64,000 nucleotides of DNA from the human T2T-CHM13v2.0 reference genome, Homo sapiens (GCF_009914755.1 NC_060927.1); one strand, 5' to 3'. Counted from the stretch's first letter, positions 1 through 17,874 are shown. A program made the numbers and translations. The notes: generated from the letters alone by a model not told the origin.

Positions 1-3000
1 TGCAAGCACCCCAACCCCTTCTCTCCATGTCTCTACCCCTTCTCCACCTTTCAGGGGGGCAAGAAACCCCCAACCCCTTCTCCTTCACCCTTAGTGGCAA
101 GTCCCACTTTTCTGGGGGAGGTACAAGTACCCCAACCTCATATCTCTGCACCCCAATCCCTTATTTCTGCACACTGGCCCCTTTTCTCTGTGCCCCAATC
201 CCTTATTTCCACACCCTGACCTCTTATATCTCTGCACCCCAATCCCTTATTTCCATGCCTGGACCTCGTATCTCTGTGCCCCGACCCCTTTCCCACTTTT
301 CTGTAGGGTAAGAACCCCTGAACCCCTTCCCTCCGTGTCTCTACTCTCTCTTTTCTCTGGGCTTGCTTCCTACACTATGGGCAACCTTCCACCCTCCATT
401 CCTCCTTCTTCTCCCTTAGCCTGTATTTTTAAGAACTTAAAACCTCTTCAACTCTCACCTGACCTAAAATCTAAGCATCTTATTTTCTTCTGCAATGCTG
501 CTTGACCCCAATACAAACTCAACAGTAGTTCCAAATAGCCAGAAAACGGCACTTTCAATTTTTCCATCCTGTAAGATCTAAATAATTATTGCCGTAAAAT
601 AAGCAAACTGTCTGAGGTGCCTGACTTCCAGACATTCTTTTACACATCAGTCCCTTCCTAGTCTCTGTGCCCAAAGCAACTCGTCCCAAATCTTCCTCCT
701 TTCCCTCCCGCCTGTCCCCTCAGTCCCAAACCCAAGCATTGCTGAGTCTTTCTAATCTTCCTTTTCTACAGACCCATCTGACCTCTCCCCTCCTCCCCAG
801 GCTGCTCCTCGCCAGGCCAAGCTAAGTCCCAATTCTTCTTCCGCCTCCACTCCTCCACTCTATAATCCTTTTTTCACCTCCCCTCCTCACCCCGGGTCCG
901 GCTTACAGTTTCATTTCATGACTAGCCCTCCCCAAGCTGCCCAGCAATTTGCTCTTAAACAGGTGCCTGGAGCTAAAGACATAGTCAAGGATAATGCTCC
1001 TTTTTCTTTATCCCAAATCAGATAGCATTTAGCCTCTTTTTCATCAAATATAAAAATCCAGCCCAGTTCATGGCTTGTTCAGCAGCAACCCTGAGACGCT
1101 TTGCAGCCCTAGACCCTAAAAAGTCAAAAGGCTGTCTTATTCTAAATATACATTTTATTTCCCAATCTACTCCCGACATTAAATAAAACTCCAAAAATTA
1201 AATTCTGGTCCTCAAACCCCACAACAGGATTTAATTAACCTCACCTTCAAGATGTACAATAATAGAAAAAAGTTGTAATTCCTTACCTCCACTCTGAGAC
1301 AAATCCCAGCCACATCTCCAGCACACAAGAACTTCCAAACGCCTGAACCGCAGTGGCCAGGTGTTCCTCCAGAACATCTTCCCCCAGGAGCTTGCTACAA
1401 GTGTCAGAAATCTGGCCACCAGGCCAAGGAATGCCTGCAGCCCAGGATTCCTCCTAAGCCACGTCCCATCTGTGCGGGACCCCACTGGAAATCGGACTGT
1501 TCAACTCACCTGGCAGCTGCTCCCAGAGCCCCTGGAACTCTGGCCCAAGCTTCTCTGACTGACCCCTTCTCAGCTTAGTGGCTGAAGACTGACGCTGCCT
1601 AATTGCCTCGGAAGCCCCATAGACCATCATGGATGCCGAGCTTTAGGTAACTCTCACAGTGGAAGATAAGTCCGTCCCCTTCTTAATCAATATGGAGGCT
1701 ACCCACTCCACACTACTTTCTTTTCAAGGGCCTGTTTCCCTTGCCTCCATAACTGTTGTGGGTATTGACGGCCAGGCTTCTAAACCTCTTAAAACTCCCC
1801 AACTCTAGTGCCAACTTAGACAATACTCTTTTAAACACTCCTTTTTAGTTATCCCCACATGCCCCGTTCCCTTATTTGGCCAAGACACTTTAACTAAATT
1901 ATCTGCTTCCCTGACTATTCCTGGGTACAGCCACACCTCATTGCCACGTTTTCCCCCAGTTCAAAGCCTCCTTCACATCCTCCTCTTGTATTACCCCACC
2001 TTAACCCACAAGTATAGGATACCTCTACTCCCTCCTTGGCGACCGATCATGCACCTCTTACCATCCCACTAAAACCTAATCATCCTTACCCCGCTCAATG
2101 CCAATATCCCATCCCGCAGCATGCTTTAAAAAGGTTAAAGCCTGTTATCACTCGCCTGCTACAGCATGGCCTTTTAAAGCCTATAAACTCTCCCTACAAT
2201 TCCCCCATTTTACCTGTTCTAAAACCAGACAAGCCTTACAAGTTAGTTCAGGATCTGCGCCCTATCAACCAAATTGTTTTGCCTATCCACCCCGTGGTGC
2301 CAAACCCATATACTCTCCTATCCTCAATACCTTCCTCTACTACCCATTATTCTGTTCTGGATCTCAAACATGCTTTCTTTACTATTCCTTTGCACCCGTC
2401 ATCCCAGCCTCTCTTTGCTTTTACTTGGACTGACCCTGACACCCATCAGGCTCAGCAAATTACCTGGGCTGTACTGCCACAAGCCTTCACAGACAGCCCC
2501 CATTACTTCAGTCAAGCCCAAATTTCATCCTCATCTGTTACCTATCTCAGCATAATTCTCATAAAAACACACATGCTCTCCCTGCTGATCGTGTCTGATT
2601 AATCTCCCAAACCTCAATCCCTTACAAAACAACAACTCCTTTCCTTCCTAGGCATGGTTAGTGCGGTCAGAATTCTTACACAAGAGCCAGGACTGCACCC
2701 TGTAGCCTTTCTGTCCAAACAACTTGACCTTACTGTTTTAGGCTGGCCATCATGTCTCTGTGCAGTGGCTGCTGCCACCCTAATACTTTTAGAGGCCCTA
2801 AAAATCACAAACTATGCTCAACTCACTCTCCACATTTCTCATAACTTCCAAAATCTATTTTCTTCCTCATACCTGATGCATATACTTTCTGGCGGCCCGA
2901 CTCCTTCAGCTGTACTCACTCTTTGTGAAGTCCCACAATTACCATTGTTCCTGGCCCGGACTTCAGTCTAGCCTCCCACATTATTCCTGATACCACACCT

Positions 3001-4415
3001 GACCCCCATGACTGCATCTCTCTGATCCACCTGATGTTCACCCCATTTCCCCACATTTCCTTCTTTCCTGTTCCTCACCCTGATCACGCTTGATTTATTG
3101 ATGGCAGTTCCACCAGGCCTAATCGCCACACACCAGGAAATGCAGGATAAGCTATAGTACAAGCCACTAGCCCACCTCTTAGAACCTCTCATTTCCTTTC
3201 CATCATGGAAATCTGTCCTCAAGGAAATAACTTCTCAGTGTTCCATCAGCTATTCTACTACTCCTCAGGGATTATTCAGGCCCCCTCCTTTCCCTACACA
3301 TCAAGCTCAGGGATTTGCCCCCACCCAGGACTGGTAAATTAGCTTTACTCAACATGTTCCGAGTCAGATAACTAAAATACCTCTTGGTCTAGGCAGACAC
3401 TTTCACTGGATAGGTACAGGCCTTTCCTACAGGGTCTGAGAAGGCCACCGCAGTCATTTCTTCCCTTCTGTCAGACATAATTCCTCAGTTTAGCCTTCCC
3501 ACCTCTATACAGTCTGATAACAGACCAGCTTTTATTAGTCAAATCAGCCAAGCAGTTTTTCAGGCTCTTAGTATTCAGTGAAACCTTTATATCCCTTACG
3601 GTCCTCCGTCTTCAGGAAAAGTAGAACGGACTAAAGGTCTTTTAAAAACACACCTCACCAAGCTCAGTCAGCAACTTAAAAAGGACTGGACAATACTTTT
3701 ACCACTTTCCCTTCTCAGAAGTCAGACCTGTCCTCAGAATGTTACAAAATACAGCCCATTGGAGCTCCTGTATAGATGCTCCTTTTTATTAGGCCCCAGT
3801 CTCATTCCAGACACCAGACCAACTTAGACTGTGCCCCAGAAAAACTTGTCATCCCTACTATCTTCTGTCTAGTCATACTCCTATTCACTGTTCTCAACTA
3901 CTCATACATGCCCTGCTCTTGTTTACACTGCCGGTTTACACTGTTTCTCCAAGCTATCACAACTGATATCTCCTGGTGCTATCCCCAAACTGCCACCCTT
4001 AACTCTTGAAGTAAATAAATAATCTTTGCTGACAGGACTATGCTGAATCTCCTTAGGCACTCTCTAATCAGATGTCCTAGGTCCTCCCAATTCTTAGACC
4101 TTTTATACCTGTTTGTCTCCTTCTCTTATTCCATTTAGTTTTTCAATTCATACAAAACTGTATCCAGGCCATCACCAATAATTCTAAATGACAAATGTTC
4201 CTTCTAACAACCCCACAATATCACCCCTCACCACAAAATCTGCCTTCAGCTGAATCTCCCCCACTCTAGGTTCCCACGCCGCCCCTAATCCCGCTCGAAG
4301 CAGCCCTGAGAAACATCGTCCATTATCTCTCCATACCATCTCCAAAAATGTTCGCTGTCCCAACACTTTACCACTATTTCCTTTTATTTTTCTTATTAAT
4401 ATAAGAGGACAGGAA
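1..4415 (+). mobile_element. HERV-H internal region (5' end outside window): leader, gag, pro, deleted pol, env remnant; non-coding
   Basis: gag Cys-His box CYKCQKSGHQAKEC at 1393-1434; degenerate protease LINMEATHS at ~1683; RT motifs LVQDLR/VLDLKHAFF/WAVLPQ; RNase H FIDGSS at ~3094; integrase IQSDN..GKVER; PPT aagaggacaggaa at 4403-4415; C-rich, G-poor composition. Confidence 0.95.
2036..2602 (+). pseudogene. HERV-H pol, N-terminal reverse-transcriptase fragment lacking the YxDD catalytic segment
   Basis: ORF SPYNSPILPVLKPDKPYKLVQDLR..DLKHAFFTIPL..LPQAFTDSPHYFSQAQ jumps directly to ISSSSVTYL, so the YVDD region is deleted. Confidence 0.9.
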
Positions 4416-4826
4416 TGTCAGGCCTCTGAGCCCAAGCTAAGCCATCATATCCCCTGTGACCTGCACGTACACATCCAGATGGCCGGTTCCTGCCTTAACT
4501 GAGGCATTCCACCACAAAACAAGTGAAATTGGTCTGTTTCTGCCTTAACTGATGACATTGTCTTGTGAAATTCCTTCTCCTGGCTCATCCTGGCTCAAAA
4601 CCTCCCCCACTGAGTACCTTGTGACCCCACACTGCCCGCCAGAGAACAACCCCCCTTTGACTGTAATTTTCCTTTACCTTCCCAAATCCTATAAAACGGC
4701 CCCACCCCTATCTCCCTTTCCTGACTCTCTTTTCAGACTCAGCCCGCCTGCACCCCGGTGAAATAAACAGCCATGTTGCTCACACAAAGCCTGTTTGGTG
4801 GTCTCTTCACGCGGACGCGCATGAAA
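4416..4826 (+). mobile_element. LTR7 (HERV-H 3' LTR)
   Basis: Starts tgtcaggcctctgagcccaagctaagcc right after the PPT; repeated tgccttaactga motifs; TATAAAA at 4690-4696; AATAAA at 4762-4767; ends gcgcatgaaa. Confidence 0.95.
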
Positions 4827-5966
4827 CTGGGGTCCTCATGCCCACCAGTCCAGAGTGCTCTCTAGAGGAAGGCTACAGACACTTCCTGGCTCGCTCATCC
4901 AGACGTTAGCTGTCTTGCTGAAATGCCTTTTTTCACCCTTGAAAACCACTGGAAGAATGGCCAAGAACCCAGCTATCCTGAGTAAGTTCACTTAGAGAAG
5001 CAAAATCTAACATGAGTCGCAAAATGGACACTGGCACCAGGAGTGTGGGTCAGAATCCTGCCCCTTGGAACTACATCATCGCTTGTACAGTGTACCCCCC
5101 AGGCACCAAGAGACCAGGCCGAGACCCTTCAGTGGCCCTGGGCCTCTGGTCAGTGTCTTCCTGCCTGGCACACAGGCAGGCCCTCATAAAGCAATGAGTA
5201 GTGAAAGTTCCAGCCTTCTTGATGGGTTCTCAGCACCCCATCGTGAGCCACACCCTGCCCCAGGGAAATCAGGATCACCCTGATGCTACCCCTAGGCCAG
5301 TGCCCCTTCTGAAGTGCCCCAAGCTGGCACCCCTATACTTAGATCTCTTCAGCCTCCTCATGAAAACCTTGTCCATCACCCCAGCAGTCCTGACACTGTG
5401 CTAGATGAGCAGCTGACCACACGTCAAATCAATTTTCAGAGTTTGCCTTTGGTTTAATATTGACGGCTCATCCAAAAGACCTTGTCACTATAGCTAGATG
5501 AAAAAAATGACAAGGCTCTGGAGAAGCAGAGCCACAACATGGAAGATACCTGGGTCCCAGGTTCAGGAGGAGAGGAGCTGCCTGCTCCAGACTGTCACAT
5601 GAGTGGGAATGAATCTTTTTCTACGTGTAGACCATTACCTTTCTTCACTCTGTCACATAGTCTATCCCCGCTAAACAGAAATTGACCTCCACCAGACCGT
5701 TTACATCAAGACCTGTATGTGCAGTGCAGTGGCCTGAGCCTCCAATCCATGCCCCACCTAGCCAACCGGCCTTGCCATATTCTTACTCTGAGAGTGGTAT
5801 TCTGGGGACAGAAGCTCAGTGCATAGAATTGACTAATGCCAGATCCTTCAGGCGCTTTGCACTTTGAAGTCTATCTGTCCTAGCACATTCCAAGTACAAA
5901 GAAGACACTTCAGCAGTACAACCTGGCCTACACCCAGTTCAATTCCTTCTTCAAAAACCTAGGCCC

Positions 5967-7275
<1,309 letters not shown>

Positions 7276-7836
7276 TCCCTATACCCAGGATAGCATTACC
7301 TTTGGGAGGAGAGGAGCTAGCATAAGGGAGAGGAGAACGAGGAGCTCAGGCGAGATGGCCATGCCCTGTTCCTTGATCTGCATGGTGTGCATGTGTTTTA
7401 CTTTGTGAAAGCTCACCCAGTTATCCACTTTGGATATGTAAACAAAAATGTTTAAGAAAACTTCACCTGCAGTTATCTGACCTACACTTTTAAACAATAA
7501 AGAAAGCCTAGGCACACAGAGCCTTGGGTAACTCATGGAGCAAGGGGGTGCGGAATGCCTTCTGTAGCCAGCCTCAGTCCCACGAGGATGGGCTGCTGGG
7601 TGACAGCAGGACAGGCTCATGAGGACCAGCCATCGCCCAAATGCTCTGGTCCTCCAGGCTGCCTGCCCATGTCTCAAGCTGTTTGGTCTACAGTGCCAAA
7701 AGGTCAAGAAGAAGGACAGTTAGAACAACCCCATGGTTTCAGCAACATGGAGGCCCTCAAGAACCATTTTGAAACCATATGGAATGGGGTGTGGGACAGA
7801 AGCATGTTTGGAAAAGGTTGAAAAGTGAGTGGAGGG

Positions 7837-8160
7837 GCCAGGTGCGGTGGCTCACGCTTGTAATCCCAGCACTTTGGAAGGCTGAGGCAGGCAGGTCACC
7901 TGAGATCGAGAGTTCAAGACCAGCCTGACTAACATGGAAAACCCCCGTCTCTGCTAAAAATACAAAATTAGCCGGGCGTGGTGGCAGGTGCTTGTAATCC
8001 CAGTTACTCAGGAGGCTGAAGCAGCTGAATGACTTGAATCTGGGAGGCAGGGTTTGCAGTGAGCTGAGACTGCGCCATTGCATGGCAGCCTGGGCAACAA
8101 GAGATAATCTCCACCTCAAAAAAAAAAAAAAAAAAAAGAAGAAGAAGAAAAAGAAAAAAG
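7837..8160 (+). mobile_element. Alu
   Basis: Full dimer with poly(A); TSD aaaagtgagtgg. Confidence 0.9.
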
Positions 8161-8198
8161 AAAAGTGAGTGGGAGGTAAGAAAGTCAAAGATGGTCCA

Positions 8199-8971
<773 letters not shown>

Positions 8972-9026
8972 GTTTGTATAGATGACTGTGGCAACAGTGT
9001 GGTGAAGATGAGAGAAACAGAGCTGT

Positions 9027-9300
9027 GCCAGGCGCAGTGGCTCACGCCTGTAATCCCAAAACTTTGGGAGGCTGAGGTGGGCAGATCATGAGGTCAGGAG
9101 ATCGAGACCATACTGGCTAACACGGTGAAACCCCATCTCTACTAAAAATACAAAAAATTAGCCGGGCGTGGTGGCGGACACTGGGAGGCTGCTGCAGGAG
9201 AATGGCGTGAACCTGGAAGGTGGAGTTGCAGTGAGCTGAGATCACACTATTGCACTCCAGCCTGGGCGAAAGAGCAAGACTCCATCTCAAAAAAAAAAAA
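9027..9300 (+). mobile_element. Alu (AluY-like, small internal deletion)
   Basis: gagatcgagacca..ggctaacacggtgaaa..agaatggcgtgaacc; TSD agagaaaca(g/t)agctgt. Confidence 0.9.
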
Positions 9301-9430
9301 GAGAGAAACATAGCTGTAAGAAGTGATGTTCAGGGAGAGATTTTTAAATAATTATGATTGAGTTAAAGTTGAAAGAGGCTTGTGTGTATATGTATGTGTA
9401 TAGATAAACACGTATGCAGATGACCCTTAG

Positions 9431-9718
<288 letters not shown>

Positions 9719-9729
9719 TCATATGTATT

Positions 9730-10200
9730 AGATTTCTTATTGTGGGTTTTGGTCCGACAAGTTTGAAGGGGGATATTGTCGAGAGACTGCTCAAAATGAT
9801 GAACCGCGGGCTCCAAGCTAATTATAAGAAAGGAAATGAGCATAGAAGAGGCGAGGGGCCCAAGGGATCAGAGATCCTGATGAGGACCAGCAAGGTCAGA
9901 GTGAGGGAATCACACAGCAGGCTGGAAAGGCAGGAGGCTGTGCCCACGATTTGTTTGAGGAATGATTTCAAGGTGGATTTGCAGGTTATGGAAACGTCCA
10001 GGAGTGGCCATGGAAAGAGGTAGAAGAGGTTGGTGCAGAAGGTTGCTGGAAACAAGGATGCCAGGACTGAGAGTGAAGATGCCCTGTGGACCAGGCATCT
10101 CCCAGGATGAAGGTAGGAAGTGGGGTGGAGCAGGAGCCAGCTGCCAATGTTGTCCTTAAACAAAAGGCAGTTGACAGATGAGCTGCTCCCAATCTCACGC
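9730..10200 (-). mobile_element. L2 LINE relic (endonuclease region)
   Basis: Minus-strand translation PTFILGDAWST..SFHGHSWTF resembles the L2/CR1 endonuclease motifs ILGDFN..HGHTLDL. Confidence 0.6.
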
Positions 10201-10558
10201 CCTTTTGGGCATGCTCCTTTCCCGGTAGGCAAGCTCATGCATTCCAGTGTGCTGGGCACAGTCAGGCCACTGAACTTCCCACACCTTGGTTTCTTGGCTG
10301 GTTGAAGAGAGATCCTTTTTAAAGAACAACTACTAATGCAGCTGTTTATTAATGATTCCCTCCGGGTCAAATTAGCCATCATGTTGGATCAGTCAAAACT
10401 ACTTTATTTCTTAATAATTTCAGCCAGAACTTGTACAGTCTAACTCTATTTGTGGGCAAGTATTTGCTATCCTGGAAGACGGCAGTTGTGCACACTCTGT
10501 TAAGAAATCAGTCCTGGAATCCAGTAGAGCCTGGAGATGTTCTGTTGATCCTTGTTAA

Positions 10559-10877
<319 letters not shown>

Positions 10878-11261
10878 TAGACTCTTTTTTATCAGCTTCA
10901 CATCGCTCAGGGATCTTGGTACAGCTCATGTGTAACTCCAAGATACTCTTCCCTGTTGAATCCTCCCACTGTGTATCAGCAGAAACTCTTACAGCTACTG
11001 CCATGGCTAAAACCTTCGTCAAAGGAGTATCCTGAAAGGCTTGGGTAGAGCAAATCTTAGAAAAGCTTAGACCAAAGTTCTTAGGTTTCCATTTTTTGAA
11101 TACAGATGAGGAGTTCACGACATGAACCCCTAAGAATGGAGGGAGCTCTCCTCTGTCTTCCGAAAGACACAGGGAAATCCTTCTTGGGATTGTCATCCTC
11201 ATCACATTTACAATGAAAATCCATTAATATTCAAATAATCCAGTGACTATAGAAAGACCAG

Positions 11262-11866
11262 TGTGGGAGGAAAATAAATCTTGGGGCCCCATACTTACTA
11301 AGCCAAAGGGAACAGTCAAGCTGGGAACTGAGTCATGCAAACCTGCCTCCCATTTTGTTCCTAACTAAGATGGCTACAAAGATAAAAAGCTACATACATC
11401 GCTCACCTTTTGCCCACAAGGAGATTCCTTGCAGGCCCCAAGATCTTTATTGAAAACAGTTCTGTTGAATTTCACCCAGGCAATATCAACTGATAGCTTA
11501 TCCACAGATGCAGGATGGGACAGGACAGAACTCAAAGTCATCCTTCTGCTTGCCTGAGAGCAATCAGAAATGTATATCTGATTTCTGATTGCTTCCTCTG
11601 CCCTATTGTTTACATTGTCTTATGTAATATTGCAGATTCCCTTAGCCAGACGAAGTGACAGCATGAATGACTATTTCCTCTACTCACTCTCATATGAAAC
11701 TTGTATATTCCCCCAATATCCATCCTTTCCCCTTTAAATATTGAAGCCCTTAAAATTATCTTTGGAGAAAGGCATTGACCTGTCTCCCTGGTGGGTGTCC
11801 TTAACTTTGGCAAATAAACCCCTTAAAATGATTACAACTTGCCGCGGTCATTTTCATTGATTTATA
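11262..11866 (+). mobile_element. Solo LTR, ERV1/MER4-group type (subfamily not determined)
   Basis: Starts tgtgggaggaaaataaatcttggggcccc; AATAAA near the 3' end; 4-bp TSD ccag at 11258-11261 and 11867-11870. Confidence 0.8.
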
Positions 11867-11932
11867 CCAGAATGAGGTAAATAACTGATTTTCAAAGAAT
11901 CATGATATGAGTCCCAAAGTGTTCTACGGGAG

Positions 11933-12778
11933 TGTGATATTGTGAAATATATATTTGATCTTTCACATGTTTCCTTCCATACAACTCCTAAAACCCTTAG
12001 AATCTCCAAAGTGATGTGTTTTGGTATGCTAATAAGTTGACTGATGGCTGGCAGCCCCTAGCTAGCTTCAGAATGGGGGCTAGTCCCTGGAAAGACCAAG
12101 GCAAGATTAGAGAGTTGGGACTTTGAGCCTAACCCCAACTTCCAGGGAGAGGAGAGGAACTGAAGGTTATATTGATCACTAATGGCCAGTGATTTAATCA
12201 ATTGTGCCTAGGTAATGATGCTTCTATAAAAATCCAAAAGAATTGGGTTTGGAGAGCTTCTGTATAGCAGAACATGTACACGTTTCTGGAGGGCAGGGCA
12301 CCCAAGGTGGGCATAGAAGCTCCACACTCCTTCCCCATCCCTTTCCCTGTGTGTCTCTTCATCTGTATCCTTTGTAATAGCCTTTATAATGAACTGATAA
12401 ACATAAGTAATCTTCCCTAAAGTTTTTCTATGAACCACTCCATATTGATGGAACCCAAGGAGGGGGTTATGGGAAGCTCAACTTGAAGCTGGTTGTTCAA
12501 AAGTTCTGGAGGCCCAGATTGTGACTGCTGGGAAGAAGGGCAATAGTCTTGGGGACCGAGCCCTCAATCTGTGGGATATGATGCTATCTCCAGGTAGATG
12601 GTGTCAGAATTGAATTGGAGTATAGCCAGCTGGTATTTGCTGCAGAATTGATTGTTTGCTTGTTGGTGGGGAGGAATCCCCAAACATTTGGTCACAAAAA
12701 TATTCTGTGTTGATTGTTGTTGAGTGAAAGAATAGAGAAAGTATTTTGAGTTTGTGTGTGTGTGTGTGTGTTTACACA
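11933..12778 (+). mobile_element. MER21-type 5' LTR of an ERV-L-class provirus
   Basis: Starts tgtgatattgtgaaatatatatttg; MER21 motifs; followed directly by a PBS. Confidence 0.85.
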
Positions 12779-12780
12779 AC

Positions 12781-12798
12781 TGGTGTCAGAAGTGGGAT
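12781..12798 (+). promoter_or_regulatory. Primer binding site complementary to the tRNA-Leu 3' end
   Basis: tggtgtcagaagtgggat is the reverse complement of atcccacttctgacacca (tRNA-Leu 3' end plus CCA). Confidence 0.9.
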
Positions 12799-12857
12799 TT
12801 GCTGGCCGTGGCCGTGGCTCATAGAAACATGTGCTTTGGGAAGAGAAAGAATGAGAG

Positions 12858-13217
<360 letters not shown>

Positions 13218-15068
13218 TCACAGCTGTGCTGCACTCAGTTATTAAAGGTGAAAGTTACCACTGGAATTTGGAGATAGATCCAACTCTTGGGAAGTTGGTT
13301 CACTGGATGTGCAAGGAAATGCAAACTAATAACAAAGAAGTGAAATATTCACTCCTTTGCTTATTGTTATCTGTAATAGCTAAAATAAAAATAAAGGAGA
13401 GCGCTAGGTCCAGCCTCAATGCTACACCAACCTTAGATGTCAGTGAGTCTGAGCTTTGGCCACTAGCTTTGGAGCCATTCCCTAAGGGCAAAATTATGCG
13501 GAAACAACAGAAAATGCCTCTGAGACCTGTGGTTACTAAGAAGGTAGTGAATTTCGGGGAAGGGCAAAATTAAGTAACTACTGAAACGAAGGGGTAGAGT
13601 GTGAAGGAACTGTTTTATTTTGTGGTTCAGTATCTTCAACTCCCTAAGGGACCTTTACTAAAATGGACTGTGAGAGTAACTAATTTAGGGGCAGTATCTT
13701 TGGTTTTACATGCTGCAGAGGGGAGGAGCATGTTTGGGTTGATGCAGGATCCACAGCTCACTATGGAACAACCTCAGATGGCTATATACGATCTGGACAT
13801 ACAGCAGGCTATTCCTGAGGCAACAGCCAGCCTAGTAGACTGGATAAAAGCCTCCATAATGTGTGTTTACCCTGAGAAGGGGGACTGTCCAACTCCATCT
13901 ATAAATGCCAAGTGGAGCGCTCCAGATGAAGCAGCTGACATGCTTTGTATGCAAGCCACATGGGACTGGCTTTATGGTGACTGGGATATCCACCCACTAC
14001 ATTGCCTGTTACCCAGGTCATGGGAAATGCTGTGATTAAGGGGCCCCATTTGCATGGACACCTCATGCAATCTCACTGCTGCAAAATCAAGCTATGGTTG
14101 GAGAAGACTTATTGAATTTGCTATCTCAGCTTCCCCTCATGGGTCTTATAGATGCTAATAAAAGACATTAGGGCAATTAATAAAATAATGTGGAAAAGCA
14201 GAGGACAGAGTCAAAGGACTCATCCCATGAAGGTGGATGTATTTAAGCAGTTATTAAGAGATAAAGAAATTAAAGAAAACATTAATAAATCTAAAACTAA
14301 GAGGAAAAAGGGAAGTGCCATGGGACTCATCGCAGGAGGCTGAAAACCTTTAGTGGTGCTTAAGAAATGAGACGAATAGAATGGAAATTGATGGGGTGAA
14401 AACAAAGGTCTTAATACAACACTATTGAAGGTTGGGTGGACCAAAAAGAGCCCTTGCTGGCTGCCAACATTAAGGAGTTCCAAATGGGTTTGCTGTATTC
14501 ACCTTAGTTTGGAGAAATTTTAAAAGTCATTAAGCAGAGATTACAATGAGAAAGCTGATCAGCAATCACCTGGGCCAATGTTGAGGCAGGTTCATCCAGA
14601 TAAAGATTGACAAAAGGGCCAAGGCTCCTTGGCTCAACCCTCTGCTGGCGACTCAAAGCCTTTTGCACTGGCTGGTGGAGAAGAGAAGCTCCTGGATCTA
14701 GAACTTAAAAATGTAAGGGTTGGTAGAATTATGAAAGTTGGTGCATTTGAACATGCTTCATATGAAATGTTTACATCTCTTTTACCTGATTGTATTAGGG
14801 AATGGACTTTGTATCTGACTTGTCCTTCAAGCAATATTAATGGGACGTGAGATGGGAGCCAGTAAGATTGCCCCCAGCCCGCAAAGTGCAGAGTGGAAGA
14901 TGCTGAGCTGGGAGGGACATATTCTTTCGATAACCCCTCTATGGAGCCTCTAAAGCAGCATATGGCAAAAGCCTGTCACCGTCTCCCAGCGACAACTCCT
15001 GGCCCATAAAATGATCTTGACACCTGAAATACCCATGCTGTCTCAGGTGACGTCATAGAAACACTCTA

Positions 15069-15409
<341 letters not shown>

Positions 15410-15691
15410 TCATGCTCTGTGGGGAATGCAGGGAGGAGATATTCCCAAGGAGGGAGCCTCTTTTCTCCTACAACTGACTCTGGAACAGTGAGGAGCTGCT
15501 GGATTCTCTCAACAGTTCAACAATGCCCTATATAACCAGCTCTCAACTCACTCACCCCCAGCTGTTTGGTCTATGGATGACAATTTTGAGGTGAACAAAC
15601 AACATCCTGTTTGGAGGGCTGCTACTCTGGCTAAAGACTGTAAAAATCAGTCAGCTCAGTGAGTTGAATTGCATGCTGTTTTCCTAGCTGC

Positions 15692-15794
15692 TGATCTATA
15701 CTAGAATGATGTCAATAACTGATTTTCAAAGAATCATGGTACATGTTCCAAAGTGTTCTACAGGAGTGTGATATTGTGAAATATATATTTGATC
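15692..15794 (+). repeat. 103-bp dispersed direct copy of 11858-11960
   Basis: Ungapped manual alignment, about 10 mismatches in 103. Confidence 0.9.
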
Positions 15795-16162
15795 AGTTGA
15801 ACAGTGGTAGCAGCCCCGTGTTTGGGTTTTTACTGACTCCTGGGCAGTGACCAGTGTCTTGGCTGTACACTCAGGCAAGAGGGCAATAGCTACCTGGCTT
15901 ATTAACGGGACATCCATGTGGGGCAGAGCCCTGTGGAGATGTGAAAGATGTCTTGAAGTAGAACAGGTTCATGCCCATCAGAAAAACTCCCTTCCAGGCT
16001 CAGGAGATGGCTGGAGTCACCAAGTGAGTTTTTTTTGTGTGCTCCTGTGAGGTGGTCGCCTGGGTCCATGAAATGAGTGAACAAGGCGGTTCTGCAGCAG
16101 TGCAGAGATGGGCTGAATCTAGCCATGACCCTCGGGCTCAAAATGCCAATAACTATTCTGTC

Positions 16163-16460
16163 GCTGGTTGCGCTGGCTCAAGCCTGTAGTTCCAGCACTT
16201 TGGGAGGCTGAGGTGGGTGGATCACCTGAGGTTGGGAGTTGGAGACCAGCCTGACCAACATGGAGAAACCCCATCTCTACTAAAAATACAAAATTACTGA
16301 GGCGTGGTGGTGCATGCCTATAATCTCAGCTGAGGCAGGAGAATTGCTTGTACCCAGGAGGTGGAGGTTGCGGTGAGCCGAAATGACGCCACTGGACTCC
16401 GGCCTGGGCAACAAGAGTGGAACAACGTCTCAAAAAAATAAAAATAAAAAACAAAAAAAA
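16163..16460 (+). mobile_element. Alu
   Basis: Dimer with poly(A). Confidence 0.9.
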
Positions 16461-16683
16461 CTGTTTTGTCTCCCAGCAAGAGAAAAGAGACTGCCCATGG
16501 CTGTGAGGCACATTCCCTTGTGGGAAAGCTCTTAACATAACTGGCAAATGAGTTGGATGCTGGCAGCCCTGGGGTTCTACATCTAGGTCTTGACAGGAAT
16601 AGACACTGTCTCTGGACTGGGCTTTGTTTGCATGGTAGAAGATGCAAACACTCAGAGTGCCACTAAAAAAAAAAAAAAAAAAA

Positions 16684-16997
<314 letters not shown>

Positions 16998-17360
16998 CCA
17001 GAACAGGAGATACTGCATGAATCTTGATGGCCAACGTCATTGCTTCAGAAAAAGGAGCACTCTGTACAGCCCATAATGTCCAACAATGGGCAGAGAGGCA
17101 TCCTCTTCAGAGTCATAATTTGGCACAGAAGTGGAAGAGGCAATTCAAACACTGATTGTCTAAAACGGGGGAGGTGAAAGCAGGAGGGCTGGTGATAGAG
17201 TTTGGAACTGTATCTCCACCCAATTGTGTGTTGAACTGTAATCCCCAGTGTTGGAGCTGGGGCCTGGTGGGAGGCAATTGGATCATGAGGGCAGGTTTCC
17301 CATGAATGGTTTAGCACTATTCTCTTTGGTATTGTACTCAGGATAGTGAGTGGGTTCTCA

Positions 17361-17701
<341 letters not shown>

Positions 17702-17874
17702 TCATTATCTCTGGCTCCTGCTCCTGCCATGTAAGAGGACTGCTCCTCATTCATCTTCTGCCATGATTGGAAGCTTCCTGAGACCTCACCAGAAGCAGAA
17801 GTTGCTATGCCTCCCATACAGTCTGCAGAAGAGTGAGCCAATTCAACCTCTTTCCTTATAAATTACCCAATCCC

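Noticed and set aside
2036-2602. Active reverse transcriptase
   Set aside because: The YxDD segment is deleted, and pro, RNase H and integrase carry stops
9822-10382. 186-aa minus-strand ORF
   Set aside because: No recognisable domain; largely overlaps an L2 relic whose motifs are in a different frame
12599-12612. Second PBS-like tggtgtcagaa
   Set aside because: Only ~11 nt match, and it lies inside the MER21 LTR body
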